From positions 1-10,558 of the forward strand of contig JAFGQV010000187.1 of the NCBI GenBank assembly GCA_016935475.1: 10,558 nucleotides of DNA, read 5' to 3'. A program made the position numbers and the translations under genes. The notes below the pieces were generated by a model. That model saw only the letters and a program-made list of their open reading frames with translations, was not told the origin of the DNA and did not search any database. This document shows, in pieces, positions 5,601 to 10,558 of this stretch (positions are counted from its first letter, which is position 1; each line of letters begins with the position of its first letter). This stretch comes from Methanosarcinaceae archaeon (lineage in GTDB: Archaea > Halobacteriota > Methanosarcinia > Methanosarcinales > Methanosarcinaceae).

Positions 5601-6767
5601 GTGCCCCATTTGACATCTACAAGTTCACTCGCGGCCCAGGCCCGCGGATATGCAAAAGCTGCCAGGACCTTAGAGGATGAGAACAAATACGAGCGAGCGA
5701 GAGAACTCTACCTCAAGGCAGCTAAATTATACAACGAAGCATCAAAGATCGCAACCGACAAGACCGATAAGAACACCCAGCGCGACCTTGCAGAGCATCT
5801 TCTTGCAAAAGCGCAGTCCCTCAAAAGCTCAGGTGCCCACGATTCAGTTTCCGGGATTAGCAGTGGAAGCGGTGGTAGCGATTCTGACGAGTCTTCGTTA
5901 TCAAAGGATGACCTTATCCTGAAACAGATCCCTAACATCGGATTTGATGACATCGGCGGTCTTGAATCCGTAAAAGAGGACATCAGGAAGGCGATCATAT
6001 ACCCCTTCACCCACAAGGACCTGTACAAGATGTACGGACAGAAAGCAGGCGAAGGCATTCTCCTCTACGGACCTCCAGGCTGCGGTAAGACCATGATGGC
6101 AAAGGCTGCTGCTAAGGAATGCGGCGCGGACTTTATCAGTGTCAAGACGAGTAGTATTGTGAGCAAATGGGTGGGAGCGTCCGAGAAGAATGTCAAACAG
6201 GTTTTTGAGACTGCGCGCCAGTGTGAGAAATCCATCATCTTTTTTGATGAGATCGATTCAATAGCCGGAAGGCGCAGCGAGAGCGAGGATTACGCCAAGC
6301 GCGTGGTTAACGAACTCCTCGCCCAGATGGACGGGGTCGATACGGCTGATGACAATCTCCTTATCCTTGCAGCCACCAACGAGCCGTGGGCGATCGACCC
6401 GGCTCTGCGGCGCCCGGGGCGTTTCAGTAAACTGGTGTTCATACCTGAACCGGACCTCGATGCCCGTGCAGCAATATTCAAGCTCAACCTGAAAGGGCGA
6501 CCGATTTCGGATGATGTTGATGTCAACCGGCTTGCCGGGATCACAGAATCGTATTCAGGTGCGGACATTTCTGCTATCTGTAAAGAAGCAGCGGATATTC
6601 CGCTGGGCGAGGCGCTTCGTGGCGGTGAGGCACGGAAGATCGCAATGAAGGATTTCGTAACAGTACTGCAAGGTCGGAAGCCTTCTATCTTAAGCTGGTA
6701 TGTGGAAGCCCGGGCGGAAGTTAGGAAGAGCGGGGAAGAAGCAGTGTTTGAGGGGATAATGGGATGA
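5601..6767 (+). CDS. Vps4/CdvC-like AAA+ ATPase (meiotic clade) with N-terminal MIT-like three-helix domain.
   Basis: The start is a GTG at 5601, the only in-frame start before the domain. The N-terminus AAQARGYAKAARTLEDENKYERARELYLKAAKLYNEASKIA...LAEHLLAKAQSLK resembles the Vps4 MIT domain (A..LA..A...D..G.YeeAl.lY..a...f.......  ....eYl.RAE.LK). An S/G/D-rich linker follows. The AAA core has Walker A GPPGCGKT, Walker B IIFFDEID, an SRH LAATNEPWAIDPALRRPGRF and a sensor-2 region. The protein ends shortly after the AAA lid, so no Vps4 beta-domain or C-terminal helix is evident. Confidence 0.8.
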   Translation: MPHLTSTSSLAAQARGYAKAARTLEDENKYERARELYLKAAKLYNEASKIATDKTDKNTQRDLAEHLLAKAQSLKSSGAHDSVSGISSGSGGSDSDESSLSKDDLILKQIPNIGFDDIGGLESVKEDIRKAIIYPFTHKDLYKMYGQKAGEGILLYGPPGCGKTMMAKAAAKECGADFISVKTSSIVSKWVGASEKNVKQVFETARQCEKSIIFFDEIDSIAGRRSESEDYAKRVVNELLAQMDGVDTADDNLLILAATNEPWAIDPALRRPGRFSKLVFIPEPDLDARAAIFKLNLKGRPISDDVDVNRLAGITESYSGADISAICKEAADIPLGEALRGGEARKIAMKDFVTVLQGRKPSILSWYVEARAEVRKSGEEAVFEGIMG

Positions 6768-6789
6768 TGATTATAGTGAGTGTTTTTTA

Positions 6790-8289
6790 ATGAATGTTAT
6801 ACTTACAAATCAAATGAAAAAGATACTGCATGGTGAAAAAGCAGTAGCTATTGCATCAGCATCTATGAACAAATCAGTATTTGATACTGATGTAGGTGTC
6901 AGTGATTCAGAACTCTTAAATAACGTGGTTTCAACAGTCAACGAAGTATTTGAGAATGATAAAAAAATTAGTGGTTCAGTGCTTTTAACAGATAGTCGTA
7001 TCATACTATATTCAAAACGGACTTTAGGTGGTTACTATTTCAAAGATTTTCGAATAAATTCGATTAACGGTGTCACATTCAAAAATGGATTTTTAAAATC
7101 TAGCATGATATTTCATACAAATAACGGTGATACTAAAATAAATATGCCAGATAAAAACGCCGCAAAAAAATTAAATATCGCTCTGGAAACACGCATATCT
7201 AAATGGAAAAAAGAAGCAATTGCCATTGAATCTTATGACGCCGTAGAAATAACATCACATAAACCCACAAAACATTCAGACAACATTAATTCAGACCTTT
7301 TAATATCCCGCGAAACCGAATTTTACCAGGGTTTTATTCGATTAAAGATGTCTGTCACCAACACTTCATCCTTTGTAGTTAACGATGTCACTCTCGATTT
7401 TGATTATGATAACAACTTATTAAGAATAGACAGACACGAACCTGATTATCAAATTGAAAATGGAAAAGTCATATTTGGAAATATATCTGTCGATTCTTCA
7501 AAAACCGTTGCAATTTACTTTGATCCAATGATGTGCTCAAAAGGTACAGACATCAACTGCCAGATAAATTACAAAGATGCAAAAGGGCAGCTCCAAACTA
7601 CTCAGATGGAATCAAAGAAAATTAGTGTGGTTTGCCCGATAATGGAAACAGAATCTGATATAAACATCGGCAGACTTAAAGAGTTCATCAAAAAACTGCC
7701 GTATAGTGACAGCAAGGTGTATCAATTACAGAACAATTATGATATCGATATTCTAAAAAATATCTCACGGGAAGTTGTACAAAAACACAATGTTAAGCAC
7801 ATAAGGACTCTTATTACGAAAGATGAAAAAATGTGTGAGGTATGGTACTATGGCAAGACCAAAGTGCACAGCCATGATATTGTCATTAAAATTACAATTT
7901 TAAGCGAAACACAGAACATTGAATTGTTTGCTGCAACTCAAACTGTAGAATCTCTTGCCGGACTGCTGGCAGAAGTAGGACGTGAGTTGAAGAGTGCTAT
8001 TGAAAGTAAGATCACCGGCAATGTTCAGCAAGTCATCAATGTGTCTATCAAGGATTCTATTGTCCAGCGAAGCAACCTTTTGAGTTATTGTGATATTGAC
8101 GGTAATTGCAGTGGGGATGTTGTTATTGAAGACAGTCTTGTGATGCGTTCGAATATTAGTTCGGATGCTGAAGTTAAGGACAGTGTAGTGCAAAAAACTA
8201 ATGTCGGTAATATCTTTTGTACGGCTTGTGGAGAGGCTGTGCCGGCTGGTGCAAAGTTCTGCATGGAATGTGGGGAGAGGTTAAAGTGA
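6790..8289 (+). CDS. Multidomain protein with four parts: a PH/GRAM-like N-domain, a two-Cys beta-sandwich-like domain, KDSxVxxSN repeats and a C-terminal zinc ribbon. Paralog of the cytoplasmic part of the 1279..2976 protein.
   Basis: Residues ~60-125 (SGSVLLTDSRIILYSKRTLGGYYFKDFRINSINGVTFKNGFLKSSMIFHTNNGDTKINMP) fit a bacterial-PH/GRAM-like strand pattern. Residues ~178-283 align to residues ~283-380 of the PEGA protein (SKTV..F...P..C..G.D.N....INY.D.......+.....K.+SV+CP). The repeats are IKDSIVQRSNL / IEDSLVMRSNI / VKDSVVQKTNV. The end is CTACGEAVPAGAKFCMECGERLK. The first ~1.1 kb is markedly AT-rich relative to its neighbours. Confidence 0.55.
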   Translation: MNVILTNQMKKILHGEKAVAIASASMNKSVFDTDVGVSDSELLNNVVSTVNEVFENDKKISGSVLLTDSRIILYSKRTLGGYYFKDFRINSINGVTFKNGFLKSSMIFHTNNGDTKINMPDKNAAKKLNIALETRISKWKKEAIAIESYDAVEITSHKPTKHSDNINSDLLISRETEFYQGFIRLKMSVTNTSSFVVNDVTLDFDYDNNLLRIDRHEPDYQIENGKVIFGNISVDSSKTVAIYFDPMMCSKGTDINCQINYKDAKGQLQTTQMESKKISVVCPIMETESDINIGRLKEFIKKLPYSDSKVYQLQNNYDIDILKNISREVVQKHNVKHIRTLITKDEKMCEVWYYGKTKVHSHDIVIKITILSETQNIELFAATQTVESLAGLLAEVGRELKSAIESKITGNVQQVINVSIKDSIVQRSNLLSYCDIDGNCSGDVVIEDSLVMRSNISSDAEVKDSVVQKTNVGNIFCTACGEAVPAGAKFCMECGERLK

Positions 8290-8320
8290 ATGAAACGAAT
8301 TATAACTATAGGGAGGATAA

Positions 8321-8722
8321 ATGAGCAACCTAGAAGAAGGCATGCGGTGGTTCAAACAAAGTGAACGCGACCTCGGCGCAGCTGCGAGTCTGCGGGATAG
8401 TGAATACTACGAATCTGCATGTTTCCATGCGCAGCAGGCGTCGGAAAAAGCACTCAAAGGACTGCTCTATGCGAAAGGGTACAGGTCTGTAATAACCCAC
8501 TCCACGCGAGAATTATACAAACATGTAAAAAAACTGATCCCGGACTTTAAGGATTATGACCATGCATCGATGAATCTTGACAAACACTACATTCCACCGC
8601 GCTACCCGGATGCATTCCCCTCCGGCTCACCCTATGAATATTACACAAAAGAGGATGCAGACAAATGCATAAACTATGCAGGATTGATATTAGCCGAAGT
8701 GAGAAACTTCATGAGCGAATAA
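8321..8722 (+). CDS. HEPN-domain protein (toxin partner of the HEPN/MNT module).
   Basis: FHAQQASEKALKGLLYAKG is a typical HEPN helix. An R-x4-H motif (RELYKH) is present. An SD GGGAGG (8311..8316) lies 5 nt upstream of the ATG. The 3' end overlaps the downstream MNT gene by 58 nt. Confidence 0.75.
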   Translation: MSNLEEGMRWFKQSERDLGAAASLRDSEYYESACFHAQQASEKALKGLLYAKGYRSVITHSTRELYKHVKKLIPDFKDYDHASMNLDKHYIPPRYPDAFPSGSPYEYYTKEDADKCINYAGLILAEVRNFMSE

Positions 8723-9024
8723 AACAGTTCGTGTCAAGACTCGCATCCCGTCCGGGCATCAAGCAGGTCTACCTGTTCGGCTCGGTCGCGCGGGACGATT
8801 TCAATGAAGGCAGCGACATAGACATTGCTATCATAGGGGATTTCAAAGAGCGATTTTTAGATAGGGGTGACGCGTTTTTTGAAATGACCGATCTTCCGAT
8901 AGAACCGCTCTGCTACACCGAATCTGAATTTGAAACAATGAAGAAGAGCAATAATCCCTTTGTAAAAGAGATATTGAAAGGGAAGATACTGTTCGATCAT
9001 CAGAAAAGGCGAGGTTTCACATGA
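8665..9024 (+). CDS. Minimal nucleotidyltransferase (MNT, Pol-beta superfamily), antitoxin-type partner of HEPN.
   Basis: LFGSVARDDFNEGSDIDIAII matches the G[SG]x9-13Dh[DE]h NTase signature. The true start may be a non-ATG codon downstream of 8665. The stop overlaps the next gene's start (ATGA at 9021..9024). Confidence 0.8.
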   Translation: MHKLCRIDISRSEKLHERIKQFVSRLASRPGIKQVYLFGSVARDDFNEGSDIDIAIIGDFKERFLDRGDAFFEMTDLPIEPLCYTESEFETMKKSNNPFVKEILKGKILFDHQKRRGFT

Positions 9025-10199
9025 CCGACCACGAAACAGACCCAAAAACCCTCCAGCAAAATAACCGCAAAAAGGCGATCAACAACCTGCGCGATGTGCA
9101 TGCGGCAATCGAAAGACTGATGAACAAAACCTACCGCCAGCAGGATGTGACCGCAAGTTCCGCACTCAGGCAGATGAGGACAAGGGTAACTGCGCTGCTC
9201 TCGGAGATGGAGAACACAGGTCTTGACACATTCAGCGGACGCGAGGGTACACTGGATGAGTTCTACAACGCTGAGGAGCATTTCACCAAAAGCTCGACCA
9301 GACTGATAAAAGCAGTCGAAGATGCTGAGGTCACCGATGAAAAGGTCGATGTGTTTTCACTGGAAGATCTTGTCGATGCACTGGAGAGGGGTTTCAACAA
9401 CAGGATCATTCTCACACAGGAACACCTGAAAGAATACGAAAAACTACGAACGGAGTCCCGGAAAGAAGAAATTACCGAGGAGCCCTTCAAGGCTGTGCAG
9501 GATACTGTATCTGAAACCGTGGCGGATGCAGAAGTTGAAGAGATATCCGAAGATATTGATTCATCAATGCCACCGGAACTCTATAATTACATCAACATCC
9601 TTGAGCAGAAATACTCGACCTACAGACCCGAGATATCAAACAGCGGCGATTATATTGCAAACAAATCATGGAAAGTGGATACAGCAGAGGACGGTATTCG
9701 AGCTGTTGTCAAGGACGGGATGTTCAAAACACTACTTGTTTTTGAGACATACTGGATGCCACTGGATAATGTGCAGGATACTGTAAAGTTCGTGCAGTCG
9801 CAGGCGAATGCGGTTGGCAAGAACCAGTACAAAAGCCTGTGTCTCATTAACAGTGTATGGAACAATGAGGTCCAAAACTGGGCAGGAAGTTTCGTTCATC
9901 AGCGTATGGTTCTATTCCTGTATGAACTTGAAAGCGGGACACTCATTTTTAATGGAACATCAAAGACTGCAGACAACTTTAAGTTCTGGCACTCTACTGA
10001 CAATCAGAAAATGACACTTGCCGATGAAATGGCTGGTTTTATTGAGGATACGGAATACTTCACGGTCACTGACGTTATGTCACGTTTTGGCTTGAACTCC
10101 CGCGGGGCAGAGATGTACCTGGATGAACTGGTAAAGAAAGGAAAACTTGTTGATGTGGGACTCGAAAAACCGAAATACACAAAATCAAAACTCAGCTGA
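9021..10199 (+). CDS. Hypothetical 392-aa protein translationally coupled to HEPN-MNT. It has three parts: a helical N-region, an acidic linker and a C-terminal winged-helix-like domain.
   Basis: An SD GGCGAGG precedes the ATG. The acidic stretch is EEITEEPFKAVQDTVSETVADAEVEEISEDID. The C-terminus YFTVTDVMSRFGLNSRGAEMYLDELVKKGKLV resembles a wHTH. No catalytic motif was recognised with confidence. Confidence 0.6.
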   Translation: MTDHETDPKTLQQNNRKKAINNLRDVHAAIERLMNKTYRQQDVTASSALRQMRTRVTALLSEMENTGLDTFSGREGTLDEFYNAEEHFTKSSTRLIKAVEDAEVTDEKVDVFSLEDLVDALERGFNNRIILTQEHLKEYEKLRTESRKEEITEEPFKAVQDTVSETVADAEVEEISEDIDSSMPPELYNYINILEQKYSTYRPEISNSGDYIANKSWKVDTAEDGIRAVVKDGMFKTLLVFETYWMPLDNVQDTVKFVQSQANAVGKNQYKSLCLINSVWNNEVQNWAGSFVHQRMVLFLYELESGTLIFNGTSKTADNFKFWHSTDNQKMTLADEMAGFIEDTEYFTVTDVMSRFGLNSRGAEMYLDELVKKGKLVDVGLEKPKYTKSKLS

Positions 10200-10207
10200 G
10201 GATTCCA

Positions 10208-10558
10208 CTATTTACCAAGGAACTCACTGACCTTTTGCTTCAGCGTCTCGCTCAATATTTTACCATCAACCTTGCCCCTGAATTCTGCCATAACAACTCC
10301 CATCAATGGACCAACCGCAGCCATACCTTTTTCCCTTACGAAGTCCTGACGGCTCGCCACCACACTTTCAATGAACTTCTCGATCTGTGCAGTATCGATA
10401 CCTGTTAATCCGAGGTTGGCTACTGCTTCCTTTGCGCTCAATGACGGCTCCTTTGCAAGCAAGCGCAGGATCTTCTCAATTCCCTCCTTTGCAACCTCGC
10501 CACCTGCAAGGATGTCGAATAACTGGATGAAATGCTCATCCTTGAGGTTATCAACCTC
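10208..10558 (-). CDS. C-terminal part of a GatB/YqeY-domain protein (aspartyl/glutamyl-tRNA amidotransferase subunit B or E). Partial; continues beyond the window end.
   Basis: The minus-strand frame is open from 10558 to the stop at 10208. The product ...LAKEPSLSAKEAVANLGLTGIDTAQIEKFIESVVASRQ...GPLMGVVMAEFRGKVDGKILSETLKQKVSEFLGK resembles the helical GatB/YqeY tail domain. It is convergent with the 392-aa gene, with only an 8-bp gap. Confidence 0.5.
   Translation of the reverse strand, partial: EVDNLKDEHFIQLFDILAGGEVAKEGIEKILRLLAKEPSLSAKEAVANLGLTGIDTAQIEKFIESVVASRQDFVREKGMAAVGPLMGVVMAEFRGKVDGKILSETLKQKVSEFLGK

Noticed and set aside
5677-6568. ORFs of +81, -116 and -92 aa inside the AAA ATPase gene.
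   Set aside because: They conflict with an unambiguous Walker A/B/SRH-containing frame.
6810-8193. Minus-strand 64-aa and 97-aa ORFs inside the PH-domain gene.
   Set aside because: They are antisense frames in AT-rich DNA, where stop-free stretches arise easily.
8857-9865. Minus-strand ORFs of 62, 93, 75 and 71 aa, and plus-strand ORFs of 86 and 68 aa, overlapping the MNT and 392-aa genes.
   Set aside because: They are antisense or alternative frames of coupled genes that carry RBSs. No motifs are present.
1-10558. CRISPR arrays, tRNA or rRNA genes, and transposase or integrase genes.
   Set aside because: I saw no spaced direct-repeat arrays, no cloverleaf-compatible segments in the short intergenic regions, and no transposase or integrase-like ORFs.

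Overview
This 10.6-kb window looks archaeal. It has TATA-box-type AT-rich promoters and Shine-Dalgarno sites of the GGAGG/AGGTG type. Protein families include PEGA surface proteins, HEPN/MNT, a GatB/YqeY C-terminus and a probable CarA start, which fits a Methanosarcinales-like euryarchaeon. That taxonomic guess is inference from gene content and composition.

Gene order:
- carA N-terminus (minus strand, runs off the 5' edge).
- A secreted, C-terminally anchored PD40/TolB-type beta-propeller protein (minus).
- A type-I membrane protein with extracellular PEGA domains, a TM helix, a KTPEP-repeat linker and a ~290-aa cytoplasmic module ending in a zinc ribbon (minus).
- A HicB-like antitoxin preceded by a 61-aa double zinc-ribbon ORF rather than a HicA (minus).
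- An SPFH/flotillin-like protein of the YdjI type with a coiled-coil region and a C-terminal zinc ribbon (minus).
- A bidirectional AT-rich promoter with a perfect 20-bp palindrome.
- Rightward from that promoter: a small RHH protein translationally coupled (TAATG) to a 187-aa ESCRT-III/Snf7/PspA-superfamily protein, a Vps4/CdvC-like MIT+AAA ATPase, and an AT-rich 499-aa protein (PH-like N-terminus plus a C-terminal zinc ribbon).
- A translationally coupled HEPN-MNT pair followed by a 392-aa unknown protein with a C-terminal wHTH.
- On the minus strand at the 3' edge, the C-terminus of a GatB/YqeY-domain protein.

The candidate new system is the ESCRT-III plus Vps4-like module embedded among SPFH and four zinc-ribbon-tailed membrane-associated proteins.

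All domain calls come from motif recognition by eye. No database search or HMM run was possible.
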